A stretch of 55,794 bases of DNA, filler included, from Basidioascus undulatus (GCA_000826855.1; 5 parts of 5 records of this genome joined end to end with filler, not necessarily neighbours in it); one strand, 5' to 3'; positions 1 to 11,317 are shown, numbered from the whole stretch's first letter. Notes: generated by a model from the letters alone, not told the origin. Program-made: numbers and translations.

Positions 1-127
1 GAAAGGGAATATTCGAGTGAAAGGGAAAGTGTTCATGAAAGGATGGCATGAAAGGACTGCGAGCCACTAAGCGATGAAAGGAAGTGTTAACCGTCAAAGT
101 GGTGTCAAAGGCTAGAGCGTCCTTTCA
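1..127. repeat. cluster of short (T)GAAAGG motifs at contig start
   Basis: GAAAGG at 1, 19, 37, 50, 76, plus CAAAGG and an inverted copy CCTTTCA at 121-127; resembles subterminal repeats of a DNA transposon, but no transposase seen. Confidence 0.3.
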
Positions 128-2824
128 ATCTCCAATATTTTCTAAGCCCAATTCAAGAAAAATATAACCCAACAACCGAAGAGAAGCACCGAGCGAGCCA
201 GCAGTCACTTTGCGAGGCTTGGCTGCTCATGTTCATCCTTGACATGGGTTTTTAAATAATAAATATATCAGACGAAAAATGGATTTGCAATAAATAAAAG
301 CCAATGGGACACTCCTGACAAGAAGTGCCAGATGCAGCTGGTGCGACCATTGCCTCATTTGACCCTGCCTTGCTATCGTTGGAGCCACGCAGCTACACTT
401 ATAACCAGTTTCTTTTTTGAAAATTTTCACTGCTCACCAATCAAGAGCCACATTATATTGAACTAGGCAGAAGTTCTGGTAACTTACACAGGCCCCACCC
501 TATGTGCAGTCCACCTACGGTTCTGAGGCTGGAATTTTTTTTACACCCTCTGAGTTAAAGCAATAAGGTCTAACTCTTTAGCCCTCTCCATTCCAGAACA
601 AAGTCCAAACCCTGTACAAGTGGACTGTGTGCCATCACCATGCATGTTCAGCTGTCCAACACTGGCAGCATTGCCCGCCAGCGAGTGAGATTACCAGCAG
701 TCTTGTGCACCATCATCATGCAAAGCCCTTCAACCCTCCGAGTCCAAGCTCTCCCATCGACGCCTACTATCCGCTCGAGTCGGAGTCGTTACATACCATC
801 AAACATGTCACTCGCAAGATGAACTTCAGCTCACCCCTTCTGATCCATGCTCAATGTCCTGCGCATTGAGCGCCGCGACTTTAGCTTTCTGGCCCTCTCC
901 CCCGCGGCCTTCATCTCCGCCCAAATCACGAAGAGTGTCTTAGTTTGTCCACGGATCGAACTCCGGGGCTTCTTTGGCTTTGAACCGAGAGGGATTGCGC
1001 GACAGCGGCGGAGGCCTATGTATACGAAAAGAGTTCTGTACGTCTTCTGTAGATCCCATTCTGTCCATGCACCGCCTTAGCAGTGAGAGTTAGGCATTAG
1101 GGACTGGAATCTATGTGCCTTCAGTCAGGTACCCTGTAGCTATTATTCTGGTACACCATCTCGCACCGGCTCCACTGCCCTCCTGCAGCCCCTGCCACCG
1201 TGACTGGCAGCTGCGCACCGCGGGCTCCACTGCCTGCGCCGCCGCCCTCTCGCCCAGATTGCCAGAGCAGTCGATGGTTTTCGCGAGAGCAGTATGTCTC
1301 GTATACCAGTCTTAAGCTCTGCCGGAAACTGGACCGGAGGGGATCATGCTCGACGAGGGCGACGAGGTAGTCGCCGAGAGCGGCGCGGTCGGTGTACACA
1401 GTGCTGAGGAACGGCTGACGGGACGAGTACCATGGCGAAATCGACAGTCGGGTTTACATCGAACTCAAGTTTGAGAGTCCTGCTTTATAAAATCCTTGCC
1501 TGGTCGGCAACAGCACAGGTCATAGATTGCGCCGTGTAGAGTTTGCAAGGGGATCTACCCAGCTTGCGGTACCCCTGCATTGGCCGCCTGACCGACACCA
1601 ATCCTCTGCTGGGAAAACATGAGGTACTCCTACAAGGTGCCGACAGTGGGATGCAGGAAGTTCAGCGAGGGACTGGTAGGATGAGCGATGTTAGGGGGGG
1701 TGAACTGCCGTCGTCCGGCGTGAACCGTCAGCTTCGCGGGCGTGGTCGGGATACGTCGTGAGGCTCCTAGACGTTGTAGAGCTAAGATATGGATAGTATG
1801 AAGCGACCACTGGCGTAAGATCGGACATGGCCGGCGGCGGTGTGTGCTTGTGGTCTGAGGAGACGAGTTGCGAAGGCTCGGGAAGAAGGGCCCCAGCCCC
1901 ACGGCGAAGGAGGTACGCATTCTGCATTTATGTCATGACTTCGCTGGACGCCGTGGTCATAGAGTGAGAACTGTGGGAGAGGGCGTCGGAGCAGAGGAAA
2001 GTGGCAGACAGGAGATCAAAAGGATCCGCAACCCTTGCTTGGATCGCGGCAGGAATTGCTGAGTTGGGACTGGCACTGCTAGTAACGGCCAAAGGCATCG
2101 CACACCACATAGTGAAACTTAAAACTGCTTTTATTATATAAAACTATCATATATGATTGTGTTGCTTGCATTCTAAGGGGAGTCCAGCAGTGGGGTCAAG
2201 AAGGGGCTCCGGTGCGACGAGTGGAAGCGAAACTGGCCACGTTCATGTGCTAGAAAAGTGAACCGCCTCACAATCAGGTCCTGTCGCGCAAATTTGTCTG
2301 CAAGGTTTTGGATAAGTTTGAATAGGACACTGGCCGGGATGACAACGCGTTTATCTGCGGGACAACGCGGCATCGCACCGCCGTGGACGTCCCGAAGCGC
2401 ATTGACAACTTGCTGGAATGTCGCCGTTCCCTCCCTCCAGCCACGACATTCAGAGCGGATGGAGCGCCAAGTGATCTACGGTGCGTCCCGGTCGCACCAC
2501 GAAAAGCAAGCCAGCCCTGGGGTCTGCTGCCGGCCTACACCTCCGTCGACTACGATATTTGAGGCTGCGCAACTTGTAGACAGGATAGAAAAATTGTATA
2601 GGTATTAATATCTGGAGGTTTCGAGCCTAACCGGTGACTCTGCGACCGAGGTAAGCAGACCATGTATTCACGGGCAGCCTATAACCACCTTGCGTGTCAT
2701 GGCAGATGATCGAAAGTTGCCTGAGCATTCGTTAAAACACGAGCAGCGAGTGCATCGCAGCAGAGCGAAAGAATGCGCGTAGTGATACAGACCAGAACAA
2801 ATGTAAACAAACAAGCGTCCTCCC

Positions 2825-5186
2825 TCAAGCCTTGCCGCCCTTCTTCCCTTTCTTCGCCAGCGCCGCCTTCTTGGTCTTGAGCAGCTCGGCCTGCACAATG
2901 AGGACGGACGTCGTCAGCATTCACCACTTTGAGAATCGAGAAAGGATGAGAGGGACACACCTCCTCGGCCTTCTTGCGGTTGCTGTATTGCATCTTCTCG
3001 TACAGCTTGCGCTGCTTGTTGCTCATCATGAGCTGCGCCATGCCCTTCTCCTCGTCGTCCGCGCCGGCAGTGGACGCCTTGCCCTTGCCCTGGGGAGACA
3101 ACGACCCTCTCCGTCAGCCTCGAAGCAGAGAACGGAAGGAAGAGGAGCAAAGAACGTACAGCCTTCTTGGAGGCAGCCTTGGTCGCCTTCTTCAGCTCCG
3201 CCTCGAACGTCGCGTGCGGGACGCCGAGCTGCTCGGCCTCGAGCTCGGCCGCGTCGCGCAGAGAAGCGTTTTCGGGCGACGCGGCAGCCGCGAGGAGGGC
3301 GGCTGTCGGGTACTTGGGGGTGGGCGCGGGCGACGCGTCCTCCTCCGCCTCTTCCTCCACCTCCGCGCCCTCCTCCGCCTCCATCTCCTCATCCTCCTCC
3401 TCGCTCTCCTCCTCCTCCTCCGCACCAGGCACGTATCCGGCCGCCTCCTGGAACGGACTCAAGTGCGGGGGCAGGACCACGCCAGGCGCGTACTGCTCGG
3501 TCGGCAGGATCTTGCCGGCGTTGATGCAGTCGACGACCCACTGCGGCTGGATGTACGCGCGCTTCGGGAGCTTGCGCAAGCGCTCGGGCAGCTGCGGGCG
3601 GTCGACGATCATGTGCGTGATGGACGGGTCGGCCTCGTCCGCGACCGGCGAGCCGCCGCCGAGCGTGGTCGTGTCCCAGCCGACCTTGCCGCCGAACGAG
3701 CGGATGACAAACTCGAGCGTGGGGCGCGTGACTTCGCGGGAGAGGAAGAACGTGTACGGCGCAAAGAGGGATTGGAGGGCGGAGGTCGAGGCGGAGGAGG
3801 CGATGAGGGAGGAGAGCGTCAAGGTCGCGGTGGAGGGGTCGGAGGGCGCGGACTTGGAGGGCTGCTCGACGAACTCGTCCGCCGCGGGCAGGTCGGCGTC
3901 TTCGGGAGCGGCGGGAGCGGCGTCGGCGTCGGCCATCTCCTCGTCCGCCGCCGGAGCGGACACGCCGATGTTCTTGATCTCCTTGCGCACGTCGCGCGCC
4001 GACACCTTCTTCTTCACGTCCGCCTCGGCGTCGCGCGTCAGCGCACCGGTCGCCTCGCGAAGGTTGAACGCGCCAACGCCGGCACCGGACGCATCCTTCT
4101 CGACGTCGAGGGGAGGGGGGTAGACGAGGTTGATGTCGGTGTAGAGCTTGAAGAGGACGAAGCCGAGGAGGGTTTGGTGGAGCTCGAGGAAGGTGAGGAG
4201 GATGCGGAAGTCAACGTCCTCAGGGATCTGAGGTCGCACGGAGGTCAGCCTCTTCAGCGAGAGCCAATGAGTGGAAAACGCAACACACGTGTTGAGTGAA
4301 CATGTAAGGCACCAGCCACCGCACCGGCCTGCCTTCGATCTCGGCCTCGAAGTAGACGCCCTTGATAGACAGGAAGACGCGGCGCAGGCAGCGCGTGCGC
4401 ATCACGTAGAGCTGCCACTCGGCCGAGAGCCGCGCGCAGTTCTCGATGATGCTCGGGGGCACCTTGGCGTTGGAGGGGAGGTGGGAAAAGAGGGTGACGA
4501 GGGAAAGGGCGTCTGGGAGGTCGTTAAGGGTGTGGGTGAAGGTCGGGTACCTGGTACGACAGCTCTCGTCAGACCATCTCGCCACCAGCATCACAACCAA
4601 AGAACGACGCACCGCTCCTTGATGACATGGTCCAGCCGGTACGACGGCTTGTTGTTCTCCTCCAGGCTCTTCGCCTCCGCCCACTCGCCACGCCCAAGCG
4701 CGCGCGAGATCTTCTTCGCGAACGCCTTGTGCTCGCGAAGCTTGGCGAGGATCGGCTCGTGCTGGAGATAGAGGATGTCCTTGGTGTAGTAGAACGACGC
4801 AGGCGCAGAAGAGCCGTTGTTGGCCTTCTTTTTGTTCCGCGGCTCACGCGGGAAGATACCTGAACCGGCGGTTCTTCAGCATCCCACTACCACCCGAGCC
4901 TGACCTAGAGAGAAGACGCACCCTTCAAGATGCACAACCGCCTGAAGTCGGAGAGCGAGCATTGCAGCCGCTTCAGCGCCTGGTTGCGCGTGATGTAGTT
5001 CTTGGCCGCGCCCTTCTTGCCCTTGGTCTGAATTGGAGGGGTGGGAGAGCAAGTCAGCGCGCAGTTGCCGCCTCGGTCTTAGGCCGCAGCTTGCGCACCT
5101 GAAGGCGACCCCTGCAGCCCGAGCACAAAAGTCAGCAATCTCGAGAGCCTGTAGATTGAACGGCACGAGCGAATGTGGACGAACAT
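2825..5186 (-). CDS. NOP7: Pescadillo/Nop7 (PeBoW complex, 60S biogenesis), multi-exon
   Basis: Spliced translation [85 protein letters not shown]-like [25 protein letters not shown]; acidic tract; [18 protein letters not shown] at 2825-2827. Confidence 0.96.
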
Positions 5187-6166
5187 GTTGAGCGATTGAT
5201 GAAGGGTATAGCGAGAAGGTGGTGTGAAGGAGTTGAAGATAGAAGGGAGAAGGGCAGGACTTTTTGGCTTTCGGCCGCTCAGAACTTCATAATGCCGATG
5301 GCCCAGAGATTTCACGTGCCCTTGACTGAGCGATAAGGAAGACGCTTGCAAGATACCCTGCAAAACCTTTCACCTGTAAAAGAAATCCCATTTGTTTTTA
5401 CTCCACATATCGCTGTTAGTTAAGAGGCTACATGGGATGCAAGTGGTGTGGATCGATGAGGCCGGCAGCGGTAGACTCGCAGATCAAATACGACGGTTCA
5501 GCAACGAGGTACCCTACTCGCAACACGGACACAAAACTCAGTGACATCCGTCTTCAAGCATATAGGACAAAGTACTGGTATGGAACGTAGTGCTCTCTCA
5601 GATTCAAATCACGCAAGGCCACCGTAGAGTCCAGCCACAGTCTCTGTATCGAAACAGCGTGTCATGAGCGAGCCTCTTCCACATTCACAGGTATTCTGCT
5701 TTTATCTTGCACCTTTAGGTGGGTTTACAAATTATCGTAGAAGATATTCCTATGTGTTCTTAAAGTGACGAAGAGTTACGAGACACTTACCCGCGGCCGA
5801 CCTTCCCAACGCAAACGATAACTGCATGCCCCACGGACGCAGTCTACTTCACAACCACAGCCCGTATCTCCTTCCCAATGATCATTTTTTCTAGCCATTC
5901 CCATCCTTTAAGGGGTCTTTGACCGCCCGCCTCAGCCGACGCAGCAACAGTGTCGCCGCCAGCACGCCGACTGAAACTGAAAGCGCATCTCCGCCCAGCA
6001 AGCGCTGGGGGCACGCCTGCCCCGCTCGTACTTTGTGAACCGGGGCAGATCGGGCTGACGGTAACGCATTACTCTGAGACAAGAGAAGTATTTTCTCAAC
6101 AGAGGGCAATAGGGGACATTAAACCTCGCTCCAGGTACAAGAGTAGTGCGCGTTTTCCCGGTCTTG

Positions 6167-6369
6167 CAAGTTGCGGCAAGTTGTGTCAAGTTGTGCCGCC
6201 CAGCTTTGAATGACCAACTCTGCGAGCACGAAAGCAAGTTGAGGGGTTGGAGGACGCTTTCCCACTTCGGGATGCAGCCTGATGTCATCCGAACCGTCTT
6301 GAGCCAACTTGAGCCGAAGTTGATCCTCTCGAGGCGCAACTTCAGATGAGGCTCAAGAGGGCTCAAGAG
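6167..6369. repeat. short direct and inverted repeat cluster (CAAGTTG x3, CTTGAGCC x2, GGCTCAAGAG x2)
   Basis: Seen directly; CTTGAGCC and GGCTCAAG are reverse complements. Confidence 0.4.
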
Positions 6370-6482
6370 CGACAAACGAGACTCTGGACTCTTCACGATC
6401 TACTCAATTTCGCTAATTGGCAGTCTTGATCCTCAAGAAGCGAGGTGTGTCCTCCTCTAATGAAAGGCGTTAAGGGCTCCAA

Positions 6483-6582
6483 GCTTCCTTGGCGAAGTTG
6501 GTATCGCAGTGGTCTCATAGAAACATGACCTGTCCTGGACAGGGGAATCCAAAGGTCGCCAGTTCGAGCCTGGCAGGGAGCA
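6483..6582 (+). tRNA. elongator tRNA-Met(CAT) with 27-nt intron (6520-6546)
   Basis: Acceptor stem GCTTCCT/AGGGAGC plus discriminator A; D arm GCGA/TCGC; CT-CAT-A at 6514-6519; intron at the 37/38 position; T arm GCCAG-TTCGAGC-CTGGC; 73 nt mature; G1-C72 rather than the initiator A1-U72. Confidence 0.93.
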
Positions 6583-6591
6583 TTTAGGATG

Positions 6592-6601
6592 TTTTTTTTT
6601 T
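6592..6601 (+). terminator. RNA Pol III oligo-T terminator
   Basis: T10 run 9 nt downstream of the tRNA. Confidence 0.8.
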
Positions 6602-7254
6602 AAAAAAAAATTGTACCTTTCAGCCATCTTTTGGTCGAAAAGGCGGAGAGGCGAAAAAAAGGCAACAGGCAGCGAGCCTGCGAGGAGTTGCAAAAAGCGT
6701 GCCCGGCGACCGGGAAAACAGCGACTCTGCAAGGGTGCGCAACCCTATTCCAGAATACTTTTGCAATGCTTCTGGTACAGTGTCTCGGAAAATAGCGCGG
6801 AGACGCGTGAAAACTCTTGCCGGTCCGGCCTGTGAATGGACAGTGAGTGCGATGCAGCCCCGCAACAGCGCGGCAGCTTTCAAGACTTCCTTCCCGGACT
6901 GGATAGCTGCATTCACCTACAATTTAGAGCTGAGTTAGTCTTCCGATTGCAGAACTGCTAGAGTTTCCAGGCGGATCAAGCAGTGTGTGTGGCTGCACGC
7001 TCCCTGTTAAGTGAAAGCCGCGATATGTCGCGAGTCACTGCTTCTTCGGTACACACATCTTGAAAAATGAAGTGTAAATACCTATGTGGCTATATGTGAT
7101 GATAAATTCAGTGGGCTTGGGCCCCGAAATGCGTTTGGAACTCAGTGCTCATCGTCTGTCTTTTCCGCCTGGACCACACGCACGTCAAGCCGACGACTCG
7201 ATGAGATGTCGACAATTATAACCATACCTGAATCGAAATGCTAAACAAATCTCT

Positions 7255-8160
7255 TATGGGAAACAATGATCCTTTTGAGGGGCAAAGCAACGACTTACCG
7301 GACAGTCGACCGACCCCTCGTTTCACCTGCCATCAGTTGTCTGTCGCCATCGCCTTTCTCCCACCCACCATCACCTGCCTCTGCAGGCGGTCCCTTTCCT
7401 TTCCACATACCAGCTTCCCCTCCTTTCTCCCCATTATCGAGACGTACCGGTGGCTCCTTCTGAGAGTACCCTCCTCTTTCTTTCTCCAAGTTCCGGCGGG
7501 CGGCGGGGGCACTCAGGGTCAGCGTGGGCACAGGAGCCTGGGGCGTGGGGGTTCGACAGCGCCTGCACCCCGGCGTATAAGGGTGTGCAGGCCCAGGCCC
7601 CTTTGTGAATAGAAGTCCCCCAGTGCAATATTCTCCACAGGAGACGCTGGCCTCGCTGTGTGACATGTCTTCTTCGCGACCTAATTCATACCCGCTTGAC
7701 GGGGGAATTTTCGATATCTGTGGGGATCTGGATGTACAACCGTACAGAAGAGGAGGGGTATGGGAAGCTGGGTAGAGGAGGACGAGGAGGACGAAGATGG
7801 TGGGTTGGGCGCGGCCGCGTGCCGCTGTAGCTGGTCGTGTGCGCTGGTCGACTGCTCGTCCCTCTGGCAGGGCAGGCCGCACGCAAGAACGTCCGTCAAT
7901 GCGACTCTCCCTCACGCACCCGACATCACGAGCATGACGCTGGCTCGAGTTTCGCTCAGCGCTTCCTTTTTTCTCAAATAGCCCCTCCTCTACCGCTACA
8001 CTCCCGAGAAAACCACTAACCCTGCCCCCATACGAAACAAACTGAATCGCCCACAATGGGCAGTCAGCCGCAACACAACTGTGCGGCTGCAAGCGGGCGA
8101 CCGTCATCGTGCGCTCCCTTTCGGTGAAGGACTGAGGGTTGGAACAGTCTCTGAGTCTCA
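7255..8160 (+). ncRNA. candidate long structured ncRNA (possible telomerase RNA)
   Basis: Nested complementary segments 7303-11/7846-54, 7363-72/7796-805, 7410-19/7762-71, 7469-78/7748-57, 7488-500/7691-710, 7516-25/7644-53, 7536-42/7592-98, 7562-68/7585-91; CTAACCCT at 8016-8023; no credible protein. Confidence 0.4.
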
Positions 8161-8689
8161 GACGCCATTCTCCTGCTGATCAACCCCCTGCACTACCCCC
8201 TCGACTGACTCTGAACACATCCACATCAACCTCCTGACTAGCCCCTCTGCCCTCTGACATGCTGCGCCTTTGGAATCACACACCATCCCACATCCCACCT
8301 CACAGCCCACGAGACGAGCAAGTAGGGAGCCCGCTGCGCCGAGGGCACTCCGACCGTCAAACCTATCCCTGAGCGCCCCGCTGCTGCGCAGCCGCATCTT
8401 CTCTGCGTCTTGCCAACCCATGCCCAAACAACAGAAAGCCCAACGCAGCGAAAGAATAAAGCATCAGGCGAACCATGTATGCGTTGCGCGGTGCTCGTAC
8501 ACCTAGCAGCAGCAGCAACAGTACTAGTCTCGTGACGCGAGGGGAGCGGTTGAGGGGTGACGGTGGTGGTAAGGTAGGGGTATAATGCTCGCGCCGCGCC
8601 TGTACTCATGTCGAACGTATCGTAGTGTAGTCGTGCACCCATAACCCAAAAAGCCCAAGCCAGATATGTACCCCTCTACCAGACCGGCC

Positions 8690-10553
8690 CTATCTCCACC
8701 CCCCCGTCTCCCCCTCCCTCCCAGAGCGCTCCATCTTCCTCGCCACCCATCGCCCAACACCCTCGTACGCGCCTGCGCCCGAACCACCTAATCAGCATCC
8801 CCGCCAACCTTCCTTTCCTTTCCCTATCTAACGACTCACCGATCATGAGCCCACAAGCCGGGGCGACCTTCGCCACGCGCGGGGTGACGCCCGCGTACAG
8901 CGCAGAGACGCCCTCCCTTCTTACGATGTCCAGCAGCGCGCGGTGCATTGGCGGGGGGCGCGCTTCGATGGACACAGCTGAGGAGGAGAGGTAGGTTTGC
9001 CGACGAGTTTTGAGGACGTCGAAGGGGGAAGTGAGGAGGGCGGATATCTGCGCGAGGGTGGGGAGGGCGAGAAGGTGTGGGATGAGAAAGAGGGCAAAGC
9101 GAAAAGGGGGAAGGCAGAGGACGGGGACGCACCGTTCCGGATAGGGCGCCGGAGATGAAGGCTGTTCGGACGCCTGCGTCGCGGGATTCGAGCTTGATAA
9201 GGCTAGGGTGGGAGGTTGTGTCAGAAAGGGAAAATGGGAAGAAAGACAGGGCGGGCTGCATGCGGGAGAAAGGGAACGCAGGGGGAGGGGTGGTGAGAAA
9301 GCGGCGGACTCACCCCTTCTTGATCATCTCATACCCTGTCCAATACGCCGCGCTAAACGGCACGTCCCTCGCAAGTGTCCAGCCCAAGCCACGCCAGAGA
9401 CTGCGCACGCCCTCGCGGCGGACCATATCGCGTATGCCGAGCAGGACGAGCGGGAACGCGGGGGCATTGCTCGCCTGGAGGCGCGTGCGGAGGAGCTCGA
9501 TGGGCGAGATGAGCGTTGCGGACGCTGTGCGTGCGAGCGCGCCGGCCAGGAGCGGGGAGAGCGTGGGGGAGAGGGAGAAGGGGGCGGAGAGGAGGCGGTG
9601 GTGCAGGGTTTCGTAGCCTAGCATGTACAGCGCTGGTGGTGGGGTGGGAGGGTTAGTTGGGGAGTGGTTTGGTGGGGAGGAGGGGCGGGGATGTACCTTG
9701 TGAAGGAACGGCCATGACGCTGGATCGTCCCATCGCAGGATGAGTCACGCCGTGCAATCCGACGCACATCAGTACCGACTCACAGCGTGGGTGTCAAGCC
9801 CTTCCACATCCCCACCATGCCCTCATACTTCCATATCTTCCTCACCGCATCCCATGTCCCATTCACGCGGCGCACCTCCGCGCTCCCCGCAAGCGCGCGC
9901 ACGGCGTCCCCGCGGCTCGCGAACGCGCACGCGGTGCTCACGCCCGCGGTGCCGCTCCTCCCCACGCGGGGCGGGCGGCGACTGGACTTGTGGTTGGATG
10001 GCCAGGGGTGCGCGCGCGGGACGGAGCGCGGGGACGTGCGGGGGGAGGGCGGTATGGGCGGAGTAGAACGCGGGTCGTGGATGCAGATTAGGGAGGGGGA
10101 GAGGTTGTGCGTGAAGTAGGTGCGTTGGCAGCAGGAGCGGGAGGAGGAGGCGGAGGCGGAGGTGGATGGGGAGGCGGAGGGCGTGAAGAGCGGGGCGGAG
10201 GTGGGCTGGGTCTGGAGCCGGACTTTGACCACGTCGAAGGGCGTCACTGGAGGAGGGCGGGGGTGAGTGTCGAGGGTGTGGTGAATGGAGGGAAACGCAC
10301 TGAGTAAAGAAGTGAGGACCGCCCCGCTGCATGCCGCTACTATCTTGGCTGTGTGCGGGATCTCCTCCCTGCTCAGCAGGGGCGGGGGCGCGTCGACTTC
10401 GCGTCCCTTTCCCTTGCCCTTGCCCTGTGCAGGGGCGGGTGTCGGCGGCGCGAGGTCGTCCTCGTCGAGGATGAGCGCGACATTGTCGTCGATGATGGGC
10501 AGCAGGTCCGCTGCATAGTGGGGCGCCCCCGCCGAGTCCCTGGGCGCGGGCAT
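8690..10553 (-). CDS. MTM1: mitochondrial carrier, MTM1/SLC25A39-40 family, multi-exon
   Basis: Carrier motifs TPFDVVKVRLQ, SPIELLRTRLQ, SPFDVLKTRRQ; GMWKGLTPTL; LARDVPFSAAYWTGYE; PRVAKVAPACGLMI; TAG at 8690-8692. Confidence 0.88.
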
Positions 10554-11070
10554 CGTCTATATCGTGTGGGAGAGAAAAAGAAGGAAGGTCAGAATGAGCA
10601 GTGGCGAGAGAAAGGAAGACGCTCGCGACGCAGGCAGGCCGCCGCGGGTGACGGCACGATGGGCGCGGGAATCGGGCAGTTCGCTACATAGTTGAATGGT
10701 ATTGAATGGCCAATATGGATCACTAGCAGGATTTCTTACGCTCGAGTATTGTCGGTGTTCAGGGCAGGTTTCTCATCGGCGGGCAAGGCAAGACCGCTCG
10801 CCCTCGCTTTCTTCACCCAAATCCCTACTACAAACCATCTTCCCTCCATTTCCCTCGCCTTACTAACCCCCTTCTCACCCTCACCCTCACCACACACTCA
10901 CCCACCTCTCTCCCTCTCCCCCTCATCACCCCCTCCCGCACCGCACGCTCGAATCCCTCCTCCCTCCCTCCCTGCTTATTCCCCTTTTCGCTCGCCACGC
11001 ACACGACCCCCTCCTACGCCCACCTCTGACACCACACACACACACAACACCCTCCCCCGCACACTCGACC

Positions 11071-11095
11071 ATGTCTGCCGAGCCCGCTACTGCCG
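11071..11095 (+). CDS. possible first codons (MSAEPATA) of a divergent gene cut by the contig end
   Basis: ACC-ATG context after a long C-rich 5'UTR-like tract; too short to identify. Confidence 0.3.
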
Positions 11096-11195
11096 NNNNN
11101 NNNNNNNNNNNNNNNNNNNNNNNNNNNNNNNNNNNNNNNTTAATTAATTAANNNNNNNNNNNNNNNNNNNNNNNNNNNNNNNNNNNNNNNNNNNN
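11096..11195. other. artificial contig linker N44-TTAATTAATTAA-N44
   Basis: Identical 100-nt spacer with stops in all six frames, occurring four times. Confidence 0.99.
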
Positions 11196-11317
11196 AACCT
11201 CCTTCTCCCTTCCCTCTTCCTCCCCTCTTCCCTCTTGCCTCCCCTCTCCCCTTCCTCCCCCTCTTGCCTCCCCTCTCCAAGCTCCGCCGAGTGCTGACCA
11301 CCCCCCCTCGCCCGCAG

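Noticed and set aside
2974..4299. Long plus-strand ORFs (441 and 318 aa) and similar long ORFs at 18307-19419, 25972-26943 and 37589-38839
   Set aside because: Antisense shadows of high-GC3 coding exons of NOP7, NFS1, COY1 and RNH70
7610..7700. RNase P/MRP-like words (AGAAGTCCCC, AGTGCAAT, ACCTAATTCA)
   Set aside because: Order and spacing do not allow the P4 pseudoknot, and no matching partner strands were found
7295..8107. 270-aa minus-strand ORF over the structured region
   Set aside because: No motif, no introns and no coding-like codon bias in an intron-rich genome; GC content can explain the open frame
11096..11195. TTAATTAATTAA palindrome as a biological repeat or recombination site, and ORFs running through the N runs
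   Set aside because: Standard six-frame-stop concatenation spacer
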